This document shows positions 9,584-18,640 of a DNA stretch of 64,000 nucleotides, in pieces. The stretch's first letter is position 1, and every line of letters begins with the position of its first letter. Source of the DNA: Phormidesmis sp. (GTDB lineage Bacteria > Cyanobacteriota > Cyanobacteriia > Leptolyngbyales > Leptolyngbyaceae); NCBI GenBank assembly GCA_965248535.1, contig CBDFJR010000002.1, positions 224,001 through 288,000 of the forward strand. The letters are read 5' to 3'. The notes under the pieces are model-generated. The model saw nothing but the letters and a program-made list of their open reading frames with translations. It was not told the origin of the DNA and did no database searches. The translations under genes were made by a program, and so were the position numbers.

Positions 9584-10849
9584 TCAGAACTGCCCAGTGC
9601 CTTGAACGATATGTTTGGTAGTGGTTAGGGTTTCGAGGCTGATCAGCCCTCTGCGGTGCCCTTTTTGATTCGACATTCCTAAAAAGATTGCGTCTCCTCG
9701 TTTAGGGTTGCGATAAAACCGAGGAGACGCATTGATATAGGTTGAGGCGCTGTTGACTCCTAAAGCAAATTCTCTACTTTCGGGATAAGACTCAGTGGCC
9801 AAACAATCGGCGTGACCACTGCTGTAGTGATTGATCCAGCTAATGGCGGCGGCTTGGTCGGCGGCGATCTTAAAGGCGACAACGCGATCGAGGTAGGCCT
9901 GATTCCATTCTGAGTCTTCAGCCAAGCGCAAGTCTGGAAACTCAGCAACTAAGCGGGCATCGCCCCGAATTTCAAATCCCTTCTCTCTGAGACTGCCCCA
10001 GAGCATGGACAGAGAGGAGGGATTTTGCTGAGGATGGATCAAGACTTTCTCGATCGCGTTAACCGGGTCAGGCTCACTCATGTGGCTGTCAAGAATCATC
10101 CAGCGCGCCATTTCTAGGCTGCCCGATGGCGACCAATAGAGATAGCAGTTGCCCATCGCCGATCGCAGCACGGGGGCCGTAGATTGACGCACGACTTGCT
10201 GCACCAAACTCGGTCGCCCATAGGGAATCACCAGATTTAAGTAGCGATCTTGAGTGACCAAATCTCGAATCGAGGCTCCTTGATCGGCTGGGAGGGAGTG
10301 CAAACTGCCTGGGGGCAACCCGGCATCTTCGATCGCAAATTGCAGCGCTTGGGCGACGGCTGCGTTAGAGTGGCTCGCCTCACTGCCGCCTTTGAGAATC
10401 AGACTATTGCCTGTTTTGATGCACAGCCCGGCGGCGATCGCGCCCAGATCAGGAAACGCTTCATAGACCAGCGCGATCACGCCCAAGGGCATCAGTTGAG
10501 AATAAGTTTGGCACTGGTCTACCTGAAAGTTGGCGGTCATGACGCGCCCGATCGGGTCAGGCAACTCGCTGAGATGCAGCAAAATTTGAATCGTATTTTG
10601 AATCCGCTCTGGCGTTAGTTTGAGCCATTCGAGCAGCAGATCGGGCACTGCCATTTCTCGGCTCATCTCTAGATCGAGGGTATTTGCTTCGAGAATGTCG
10701 TCTTGATGGCTCTTTAAGGCTTTTGCCATTGCCTGCACTGCGCGACTGCGAACCGTGCCCTTAGCCGTTGAAAGCGCTAAGGACGATTGATAGGCATTGC
10801 GAACGGCGATCAGAGGGTCGAGAGGAATGCTAGAAAGTTCGGGGGTCAT
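9584..10849 (-). CDS. Gamma-glutamyl phosphate reductase-like paralogue (ProA-like; catalytic Cys absent)
   Basis: ALDH/ProA-like motifs [44 protein letters not shown] at the usual xCNAxE position. Confidence 0.85.
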   Translation of the reverse strand: MTPELSSIPLDPLIAVRNAYQSSLALSTAKGTVRSRAVQAMAKALKSHQDDILEANTLDLEMSREMAVPDLLLEWLKLTPERIQNTIQILLHLSELPDPIGRVMTANFQVDQCQTYSQLMPLGVIALVYEAFPDLGAIAAGLCIKTGNSLILKGGSEASHSNAAVAQALQFAIEDAGLPPGSLHSLPADQGASIRDLVTQDRYLNLVIPYGRPSLVQQVVRQSTAPVLRSAMGNCYLYWSPSGSLEMARWMILDSHMSEPDPVNAIEKVLIHPQQNPSSLSMLWGSLREKGFEIRGDARLVAEFPDLRLAEDSEWNQAYLDRVVAFKIAADQAAAISWINHYSSGHADCLATESYPESREFALGVNSASTYINASPRFYRNPKRGDAIFLGMSNQKGHRRGLISLETLTTTKHIVQGTGQF

Positions 10850-10853
10850 GGAG

Positions 10854-11261
10854 CTAACGGCGATAAGCTAACCAGACCATGAGCGCGGGCAACACTGCCA
10901 AAAGCAGCGCCACGATCGCCCAAAGAATAATACTGCTACCCGTGCCAGAGTTAAGCGCTACGGGTAGCCAAATGCTTAACAAAACGAGCAAAATGCCTAG
11001 AGCTAAGGGCAAGTAGCTGTCACCCAAACCGGGATGGACAACACTCCACTGGTGCCCTGTCCAGCGCCACGATCGCTTATAGGGGTAGGTGGTCGAAAGC
11101 TGCTCAATCACATAGCCGCCTTCTTCGACCACAAAAATCTGCTGACAGCGATCGCAGCCAAACGCCTCGGTTAGGGTAATCAGGGCCAAGCGCCCGCGAC
11201 GACGACAGGGGCAGGGGTAGTCGCTATTCAATTCGATCTTGTGAGTTTTAGGGGATTGCAC
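10854..11261 (-). CDS. Zn-ribbon (CPC...CxxC) protein with two C-terminal TM helices
   Basis: YPCPCRRRG...FGCDRCQQIF; two hydrophobic segments; likely GTG start at 11261. Confidence 0.8.
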   Translation of the reverse strand: MQSPKTHKIELNSDYPCPCRRRGRLALITLTEAFGCDRCQQIFVVEEGGYVIEQLSTTYPYKRSWRWTGHQWSVVHPGLGDSYLPLALGILLVLLSIWLPVALNSGTGSSIILWAIVALLLAVLPALMVWLAYRR

Positions 11262-11439
11262 AAGCGACGAGGGGCACAAGAGTTTTTTAATCAACCGTGG
11301 CGAGGGATGACACCGCTTCTGTTGCGAATTTTATCACCCTCTCTCTAGGTAGAGGGCCTACCTTAAGAATCAGTTGATATTTGTGGGTCACAAAGCAGAT
11401 TTCTGAGCGGGTAGATCGATGATCTTGCATCCCTTAGCT

Positions 11440-13023
11440 TTAATAGCCACTGTTCCAGTGCATGGCTATATTGTGAGCTGAGTGGTCAGGCTTGGTTTCT
11501 TCGTCGATCGCTTTAACCACTCGCCGATAGATTTCTTCAGCTTGTTGGGGTGAGTTGCCAATGCTGGTTAAGCCGAGTTTGCCGAATTCTGAGAGACAGC
11601 CCATTAAGTGAAAGACTGTGCCCGTCTCGGTGCTGGTGTCAAAATGAAGCTGATGATGGGCGATGATATCCATCAAGTCATTGGGCAGCAAGCCACGATA
11701 GTGCTCTCGTTGTAGGTTATCGGTGGCTTTGTAATATTTGGCGCGCCCCTGCTGGCTATAAAATAGACCGCTGGCGAGGTCATAGCGCCCGTTAGTGAGA
11801 AACTTTAGGGTCATAAAGGGGTGAGTGGTGCCGCCTTTGCGAAGGTTGATCTCGATCGCTTCAAACTCCCATTCACCCGTGTCAGGGTGACGAACCGCGA
11901 CAAAATCTAGTCCAAAGCGTTCGATCACGCCTTTTTTAGCTAAAGTTTTGCCGACCCGCAGCCCCAGATCTTGCAACCGCAGTCGATAGGCTTCATCAGC
12001 CGGAAAGCAGCAGCCGAGATAGATTTGACCATTTGGCCCGCCCAGAATTTGATCGTGAGTTGAGAGAATCTCGACTTCTCCGAGTGGATTGACCCGGCCC
12101 TGAACGCTGGGCGATCGCTTCTCGTCGCCTTCGATAAACGCTTCGACGATCGCGCCTAGTTCTGGAATCCGACTGCCGTAATTTTCCCAGGTTTCAGCTT
12201 TTGACTCAAAGTGCAGCGCCTGGAATTTTTCGAGAATAGTGTTTACGCGCTGGGTGTGAGGTGCCGAGCCGGGGGCAATCTCCCCTAGAGGACGCAGATC
12301 GAGCAGGGCGTTGCCTTCTCCCGAAAATCCTTCGTTGAGCTTGACGACAACACGCTTTAGATCGGGCTGTCGTTCCCAGAGTTGGGCGGTGGCGATCGCC
12401 AGATCTTTAGCATCGCGAACCAGCAGACTGCCATCGGGATGAGGCACCCCACTTTCGGCAAAGATTTGGCGGCTGCCACTTTTGGTGCCCCACTCTAGCA
12501 GCGCCGGGTCGAGGGCAAATAAGGGAATGTCTAATGCAACGGACAGATCACGCTCTAGCGGAGTGGAGTTATAGCAGATCATATAAGCGCGATCGCGATC
12601 GATGGCTTGACGGATTCTCGCCATCAGTCGGGGTCGCTCAAGAACTTTTTGACTTAACGGCTTAGTCGAACTGTCGTAAGTCGAGAGCAACAGCAAGCGA
12701 TCGCGGGCATGAGAAAACGGAATGCCGGGCAGAAGTTGTAGATAATAGTCAATCACGCTGGGATGCAGCGGCTGTGACGTAATGTAAACTAGCCGCGTGC
12801 GCGGGTTTCTCAACCGAATCAGGGAAAACAGCAGCCGTTCTTCATAATGAGAAAAGCCCTCAATTTTCAGCAATTCTCGTTGATCAATGCTGATGGAAGG
12901 GATGACCACAATATCTGCATCGCTGGTGTCAAACTCATCGGCTTTGTGCCAGCGATCGCGCAGTTGTGCTTGCAGCGTGTGAAAGTGCGTCGTCGGAGCT
13001 TCGATCAGATCAAGTCTGTCCAT
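11440..13023 (-). CDS. ATP-grasp peptide ligase, PGM1-related
   Basis: HYEERLLF, VVKLNEGFSGEGNA, SPSVQG, LSTHDQILGG, EINLRKGGTTHP. Confidence 0.85.
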   Translation of the reverse strand: MDRLDLIEAPTTHFHTLQAQLRDRWHKADEFDTSDADIVVIPSISIDQRELLKIEGFSHYEERLLFSLIRLRNPRTRLVYITSQPLHPSVIDYYLQLLPGIPFSHARDRLLLLSTYDSSTKPLSQKVLERPRLMARIRQAIDRDRAYMICYNSTPLERDLSVALDIPLFALDPALLEWGTKSGSRQIFAESGVPHPDGSLLVRDAKDLAIATAQLWERQPDLKRVVVKLNEGFSGEGNALLDLRPLGEIAPGSAPHTQRVNTILEKFQALHFESKAETWENYGSRIPELGAIVEAFIEGDEKRSPSVQGRVNPLGEVEILSTHDQILGGPNGQIYLGCCFPADEAYRLRLQDLGLRVGKTLAKKGVIERFGLDFVAVRHPDTGEWEFEAIEINLRKGGTTHPFMTLKFLTNGRYDLASGLFYSQQGRAKYYKATDNLQREHYRGLLPNDLMDIIAHHQLHFDTSTETGTVFHLMGCLSEFGKLGLTSIGNSPQQAEEIYRRVVKAIDEETKPDHSAHNIAMHWNSGY

Positions 13024-13086
13024 AGCTATCTCCCCGCATAGATGGGATATGAGCGATCATACAGACTGGGGTGTGCTTGGCAATAG

Positions 13087-13677
13087 ATGCTGAAGGAAGA
13101 AAGTTGGATGGGAGAAACAGCAAAGCAGTCCTTGCGACGATCGCTTTTAGCAAAACGGCGATCGCTGCCTCGTTTAGAATGGCAGCGCAAAAGTCAGCAA
13201 ATTTGCAATCAGTTAAGGGCTTTGTCGATCGTGCAGCAATCCACCACCATTCTGGCTTACTTCAGCTTTAGACAAGAACCAGATCTCAATGCTCTCTTTA
13301 CGACAGAAAAAACCTGGGGCTTTCCGCGCTGTGTTGGAGCAGATCTATCGTGGCATACCCTATCAGGTTCTCCGCCTCAAGTCGGAACTCATGGACTGAT
13401 CGAGCCACCCTGGGACAGTCCTCTAGTGGAACCCGATCGGGTCGATTTGATTTTGATCCCCTGCGTCGCCTGCGATCGCCGAGGCTATCGGGTGGGCTAT
13501 GGGGGCGGCTTTTACGATCGCCTCCTCAGTGCACCAGACTGGCAGGGCAAACCCACGATCGGGGTGGTCTTTGAGTTTGCAGTCGTTTCTGAATTGGCGA
13601 TCGATCCCTGGGATCAGCCCATGCAGGGAATCTGCACTGAACGAGAATACCTGAGCGCTAGTGCATCGTTGCTTTGA
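13087..13677 (+). CDS. 5-formyltetrahydrofolate cyclo-ligase
   Basis: DLILIPCVACDRRGYRVGYGGGFYDR and DPWD motifs. Confidence 0.92.
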   Translation: MLKEESWMGETAKQSLRRSLLAKRRSLPRLEWQRKSQQICNQLRALSIVQQSTTILAYFSFRQEPDLNALFTTEKTWGFPRCVGADLSWHTLSGSPPQVGTHGLIEPPWDSPLVEPDRVDLILIPCVACDRRGYRVGYGGGFYDRLLSAPDWQGKPTIGVVFEFAVVSELAIDPWDQPMQGICTEREYLSASASLL

Positions 13678-14593
13678 GCATATGATAAACAATCAATAGC
13701 TGCGTCATCGCTAGCGGATAGCTCTGAATGATTTCTCCGGTCGTTCCGGCGACTCTGCCGATTTCTGGATTCATATCGCGATTGCAGACGTTGAGCAAGT
13801 GCGGCGCTTCGCTACAGATAAACTTTTCTAGCTCTCGCACCTGATCGTTAGTAGCGTGGCCGTCAATTTCTAGCACATCGACGGGTTTGCCCATGTCTCG
13901 ATCGAGACCTAATCGAATCGCAGGGGGTGGGTTAGGGTTAGACGGGGTAATGATCTGGCTTAAATCGGGATGGGGAATCGTCGGACGCAAAACCAACCGC
14001 ACGTTTAGATGACCGTTCATTTCCTGCAAGTGATCAGCGGGGGGATAAAAGCTGACCACCATATCGGCCCACGATCGCTGCGGTCGAATGTAGTGATCTG
14101 AATCGGGTTCGCGCTTTTGCAACTCTGCCAGCACTTCTGCTTCGCTATAGCCCCGCTTTTGGGTGTCGCGCTTGACTTTCCACTGGGTTCGCAGAGGCTC
14201 AGGCGGTGCCAGATAAACCTTGATGTCATAGCAGTCACGCACGCCGCGAGTCGAGTAGCCCAACAGCCCCTCGACAATCAAAAACTGGCTTGGCTTAATA
14301 TATTTTGGGGCCTCAAAGGTTCCTGTTTTGTGACTATAGACAGGTTTGAGAATCGATTGCCCCGTTCTCAGCAGAGACAGGTGCTGCTGCATAATATCGA
14401 GGTGATTGCAGTCGGGGTGCAGAGCGGTGATGCCTAACTCGGCTCGCTGAGTGCGATCGTAGCGGTGATAGTCATCGGTGCAAATAGTGGTGACGTTTTC
14501 TTCCCCCAACACCTGGGCAATTCCTTTAGTCAGAGTGGTCTTCCCTGCTGCGCTATCGCCAACAATGCCAAGAATGATCGGGCGTTGCGTCAT
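13658..14593 (-). CDS. Phosphoribulokinase-like kinase (PRK/uridine kinase family paralogue)
   Basis: P-loop GDSAAGKTT, DDYHRYDR, VEGLLG, WKVKRD..KRGY, YIRPQR. Confidence 0.85.
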   Translation of the reverse strand: MTQRPIILGIVGDSAAGKTTLTKGIAQVLGEENVTTICTDDYHRYDRTQRAELGITALHPDCNHLDIMQQHLSLLRTGQSILKPVYSHKTGTFEAPKYIKPSQFLIVEGLLGYSTRGVRDCYDIKVYLAPPEPLRTQWKVKRDTQKRGYSEAEVLAELQKREPDSDHYIRPQRSWADMVVSFYPPADHLQEMNGHLNVRLVLRPTIPHPDLSQIITPSNPNPPPAIRLGLDRDMGKPVDVLEIDGHATNDQVRELEKFICSEAPHLLNVCNRDMNPEIGRVAGTTGEIIQSYPLAMTQLLIVYHMLKATMH

Positions 14594-14912
14594 GAAGTTC
14601 TCCCGTGCAGATTTATAAACTTGTTCAACAGCAAACTGGTCTAATTTTAGGGATGAATGTCAAGTGAAGCAATGTCCGTTAGCTCAAGAATCATTGCAAG
14701 GCGCAAGTCTCTGCTCTCTCCATTGCTTTGACTCTATGTTGGCGCTCAAGAAATCGTGATCTTTCGACTCCGAGCATCCGCTATTCTGATAAGACTAGTA
14801 ACTCTTTGAGGGCTGAAGTCACCTGTTCAGCGTCTCTGCTCAACGTCAAGAGTTGCTATCTCGCCTGCCAAACCCGCTACTGCTAAACACTCTGTCGCTT
14901 GCCAATCATTTT

Positions 14913-15650
14913 ATGAAAATTTTTCTCTACCATACGCCTGAGTTAACGCCTGTTCAAAATCTTGCAGATTGCGCGATCGCCATTGACGTGTTGAGAGCAA
15001 CGAGCACGATCGTGACGGCGCTATCGGCCGGGGCAGAGGCGGTGCAGGTGTTTAGCGATCTCGATAAGCTGATGCAGGAGAGTGCAGCGTGGCCCCCCGA
15101 AAAGTGCCTCAGAGCCGGAGAGCGGGGCGGCAGCAAGGTGGCAGGCTGTGACTTGGGCAACTCGCCTTTAGACTGCACGCCAGAATTAATGCACGATCGC
15201 CGCTTGTTTATGACCACGACCAACGGCACGCGGGCATTAGAAATCATTCAGGCCTCGCCGAGTGTTTTGGCGGCGGCGTTGATCAATCGCCAAGCAGTGG
15301 TCGATTACCTGTTGAGCCAGCGTCCTGAGACGATTTGGATTGTGGGCGCAGGCTGGGAAGGCTCGTTTGCCCTCGAAGATACAGTCTGTGCAGGTGCGAT
15401 CGCCCACAGTCTTTTGGCAGGGTTGGGTTGCACCCTAGAAGACCTGGCCGGAAATGATGAACTGACGGCAGCCGTCGCGCTTTATGAGCAGTGGAAAGAT
15501 AATCTGCTGGGGCTTTTTCATCTCGCCAGCCATGGTAAGCGGCTACTGCGGCTCGACGGCCACGATGATCTCAAATATTGCGCCCAAACCGATGTGCTCG
15601 ATGTGTTGCCGATCCAGCGCGAAATTGGGGTGTTGGTTAAGAACAGCTAA
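14913..15650 (+). CDS. comB: 2-phosphosulfolactate phosphatase family protein
   Basis: [34 protein letters not shown]. Confidence 0.9.
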   Translation: MKIFLYHTPELTPVQNLADCAIAIDVLRATSTIVTALSAGAEAVQVFSDLDKLMQESAAWPPEKCLRAGERGGSKVAGCDLGNSPLDCTPELMHDRRLFMTTTNGTRALEIIQASPSVLAAALINRQAVVDYLLSQRPETIWIVGAGWEGSFALEDTVCAGAIAHSLLAGLGCTLEDLAGNDELTAAVALYEQWKDNLLGLFHLASHGKRLLRLDGHDDLKYCAQTDVLDVLPIQREIGVLVKNS

Positions 15651-15676
15651 CTCAATGGAGCTTGACGGCAAACCTG

Positions 15677-16261
15677 TCAGGCGCTGCCAATCTGTCGAAA
15701 GAATCTTTGCACTAGACATCGAAATCCGGGCAAGAGGGGAGACGTGATTTCGTCTTGACTGGAGTGAATTGTCACCTGTCTAAGGATGCCGTTGTTTTGA
15801 CGATAGACTTCGACCTGCTGAAGTTCTCGATCGACGATCCAATACTCTTCAACTCCCTGGGTCGAGTAGAGTTTTAGTTTGGCTTCTCGATCGCGCCGTT
15901 CGTTGGTCGCCCCTGGAGAAAGCACTTCGATCACGAGTTCAGGAGCACCTGTGAGGTGTCCGGCAGCATCTTGAAAGCGATCGAGACGATCAGCGCTGAT
16001 CCAAATTAGATCGGGAATCACGCTATCGGTTTCGGTAAAGACGAGTCCAGGAGCGGGAATCGCTTCTCCTAGTGCGGTCTCTTCTGACCAATCTTGGAGT
16101 TTGTTGCAAATGTTGCGAATCACGGATTGGTGTCTGAGGTGCGGCGCTCTCGTCACAAACAGTTCTCCATCAATAATTTCGTAGCGCTTCCACTCGTCGT
16201 TAGAGAGCAGTTCGAGATCGGATGTGACCCACCGGACTTTTTCTGGGATGGTTTGACTCAT
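15677..16261 (-). CDS. Uma2 (DUF820) family PD-(D/E)xK endonuclease-like protein
   Basis: YEIIDGEL, IPDL, PELVIEVLSP, DREAKLKLY..GVEEYWIVD. Confidence 0.9.
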   Translation of the reverse strand: MSQTIPEKVRWVTSDLELLSNDEWKRYEIIDGELFVTRAPHLRHQSVIRNICNKLQDWSEETALGEAIPAPGLVFTETDSVIPDLIWISADRLDRFQDAAGHLTGAPELVIEVLSPGATNERRDREAKLKLYSTQGVEEYWIVDRELQQVEVYRQNNGILRQVTIHSSQDEITSPLLPGFRCLVQRFFRQIGSA

Positions 16262-16423
16262 GATGCGTCTCCGCGACCGTTGTCGATTCTATTGTCGCTT
16301 GTTTTTGCAGGTTGATAGAGTTCTGCATAGAAGCTTCTGGAGTCGATCGCAGTGAACTTGGGAAGCGATCGCGCCACCAAACTCCTAAAATGAAACATAA
16401 TGCTCGTTCATGAGGAACGTTCC

Positions 16424-17221
16424 ATGACGCTGGCTCAATCAACCGCCTACGTTGTCACCTGGGAAAAGCTTCCCGATGACTATCCCCTACCTGACGACCC
16501 CGTGGATAATCGGACTCAACCTGCCCTCGCTGCCGCCCTCACCGAAAGCCTCGGTGTCAACGATCGCCTCCCCAGCACGGCCGCAACCACCACCAACTAC
16601 GGAATTTGCGCCACGATCGACGGCAAAATAGTCGTCAAGGCTCCCGATTGGAGTTTTATTCCCGCAGTTCGCGTATCGCCCCAACAGGTCGAACGCAGCT
16701 ACACGCCAGGTTTAGATGGAGACGGACTCGCCATTGTCATGGAATTTCTATCTGAGACTCCAGGCACAGAATATTCGATCAAACCTAGCTATCCGCCAGG
16801 CAAATGGTTCTTCTATGAACGAGTTCTTCGCGTTCCGAGCTACGTGATTTTTGAGCCAACATCCGCCGCGTTAGAAGTCTATCACCTCGATCGGGCGGGC
16901 TTATATGAGCCACAGTCGCCCAACCCCGAACAGCGCTACTGGATTCCTGAAGTTGAGCTTTTTTTGGGGGTTTGGCAAGGCACAAAGCAAGATCGAACCG
17001 GAAATTGGCTACGCTGGTGGACTGAATCAGGAGATCTATTGCTGTGGGGATCTGAGCAGGCAGATCAAGAGCGGCAGCGGGCAGACCAGGAACAGCAGCG
17101 GGCAGACCAAGAACAGCAACGGGCAGACCAAGAACAGCAACGGGCAAACCAAGAACAGCGTCGATCGGAACGACTCGCCGAAAAATTACGGGAATTGGGA
17201 GTCGATCCGGCAAATTTGTAA
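16424..17221 (+). CDS. Uma2 family protein with C-terminal heptad-repeat coiled coil
   Basis: KAPDW, IVMEFLSET, YERVLRVPSYVIF, WLRWW...LLLW, tail RLAEKLRELGVDP; GAGGA RBS before ATG 16424. Confidence 0.88.
   Translation: MTLAQSTAYVVTWEKLPDDYPLPDDPVDNRTQPALAAALTESLGVNDRLPSTAATTTNYGICATIDGKIVVKAPDWSFIPAVRVSPQQVERSYTPGLDGDGLAIVMEFLSETPGTEYSIKPSYPPGKWFFYERVLRVPSYVIFEPTSAALEVYHLDRAGLYEPQSPNPEQRYWIPEVELFLGVWQGTKQDRTGNWLRWWTESGDLLLWGSEQADQERQRADQEQQRADQEQQRADQEQQRANQEQRRSERLAEKLRELGVDPANL
17060..17164 (+). repeat. Five degenerate 21-bp tandem repeats encoding ADQEQQR
   Basis: Units at 17060, 17081, 17102, 17123, 17144; consensus GCAGACCAAGAACAGCARCGG. Confidence 0.9.
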
Positions 17222-17241
17222 GTGCGATGCGTTTTAAGCCT

Positions 17242-18459
17242 CTAGCATCTCAACTGTTCAAGCAGACAGGCAGCGATGCGCTGGGCGGCTCCGGGTTCTC
17301 CCATGCGGCGGCGACCATTTTCGGCGATCGTTTGCAGACGATCAGGGTCACTCAACAAAGATCGAAGCGCCCCAGCGACTTGATGGGGCTGCTCAACTAG
17401 AGTTACAGACGCGCCCAAAAGTCGGGTTTGAGCTTCTGCAAACGCCGGAGTAAATTGGGGGCCGTTGCCCGGAATAATGATCGCAGGTTTGCCTAGCCCC
17501 ACAAATTGTTCGGTGGCGGTGCCTGCCATGGCGATCGCCACCTGCGATCGCTGCAAACATTCTGCAAACCGATGGGGCGGTGTTAACTCCAGCATTGCCC
17601 GTTTTTCACCAAACCCAGTTTTATAGTGATTCGTTTCGCATTGCTGCCAGCGATAAGATATTAGTATTTGATGTAATCTTTCGGCATCTATGCCAGGAGC
17701 AACAGCAGCTACAAACTGTAAGGGCTTTCTAAAGTGTTCTAGCAATTCGCCCAGCGATTGTAATATTATTTCCCAGTTGGCATAGACTTCGGGCGGGCGA
17801 GAGCCAGGAATCAGCGCGATCGTAAACTCTAAAGAATCGAGTCCGTCAGTCTGCCAGGTCAACCCATCCATCATCGGGTTGCCTAGATCAAATGCCGGAA
17901 TGTTGAATCGTTGGAGACTATCGGCGGTGAGACGATCGCGAGGAAACACCACTTTGCACTGAGGGCGGCGCATCAGCCAGCGTTCCCACGGTTGAAAAAT
18001 GCAGTTGGTTGAGCGCTCTAAGCGATCGTCCCACCATGATTTGCGCGGCAGCCAGCCCTTTTCGTCGCGCAGATAATATTCTGATTTTGCCGTGGCCACA
18101 AACCCATAGGGGGCCCCACTCAGCCACGCAAACAGCAGCGGCACGATGTCACCGACTGCGAGAATAAACCCGTCTTCTTTAGCCCAAGTTTGAACGGCCT
18201 GAATCTGCGCCCACGTTAGCTGCACTAGACCGCCCTGAATGTCTCGCGCCAGTTGCCGACTATCCATATAAATAAAGCCACCAGAGGGCATGGCTTTGAC
18301 GGTGCCGATCGTGGGAATTCCCAGCTTAGTGTAGGCGTGCCCTTCACCGACGATCGGCAGCGCTTCGATTTGCGAACAGCCTGCTTGCTGGAGAGCGTGC
18401 AAAATGCGAACAGCGATCGCATCTTCTCCATGACCGTTGCTAAGGCAAAGTAATCGCAT
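17242..18459 (-). CDS. Lipid-A-disaccharide synthase-related GT-B protein
   Basis: LSNGHGED, MPSGGF, VGD, GNPMMD, LIPGSR, MAGTATEQFVGLGKP, GPQFT. Confidence 0.88.
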   Translation of the reverse strand: MRLLCLSNGHGEDAIAVRILHALQQAGCSQIEALPIVGEGHAYTKLGIPTIGTVKAMPSGGFIYMDSRQLARDIQGGLVQLTWAQIQAVQTWAKEDGFILAVGDIVPLLFAWLSGAPYGFVATAKSEYYLRDEKGWLPRKSWWDDRLERSTNCIFQPWERWLMRRPQCKVVFPRDRLTADSLQRFNIPAFDLGNPMMDGLTWQTDGLDSLEFTIALIPGSRPPEVYANWEIILQSLGELLEHFRKPLQFVAAVAPGIDAERLHQILISYRWQQCETNHYKTGFGEKRAMLELTPPHRFAECLQRSQVAIAMAGTATEQFVGLGKPAIIIPGNGPQFTPAFAEAQTRLLGASVTLVEQPHQVAGALRSLLSDPDRLQTIAENGRRRMGEPGAAQRIAACLLEQLRC

Positions 18460-18478
18460 TCGTTAACTATTTGATCAG

Positions 18479-18640
18479 ATGCGAAGGGTATCAGGTCAAC
18501 TACCCCACCCACGAGGGGATGGGGCTTGTGATTCAAGTTCCCATTTCTGGGCAGACCACAATAGGCGGATTGACTGCCGCCCTGAGTTTTAGAAAATCGG
18601 CACGAATATTTACCGCAGCGTTGTGATCCGCATGGCATTC
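18479..18640 (-). ncRNA. Predicted TnpB omegaRNA/reRNA (scaffold overlapping tnpB 3' end and RE, plus about 16-nt flank-derived guide); 5' limit approximate
   Basis: Established TnpB architecture; GTCAAT (18574-18569) can pair with terminal GTTGAC as a pseudoknot; guide would begin CUGAUACCCUUCGCAU. Confidence 0.65.

Noticed and set aside
18479..18494. Domesticated TnpB (TldR-like repressor) targeting a host gene
   Set aside because: RuvC residues and both IS ends are intact, and the guide is simply the flank; I saw no second match in the window.
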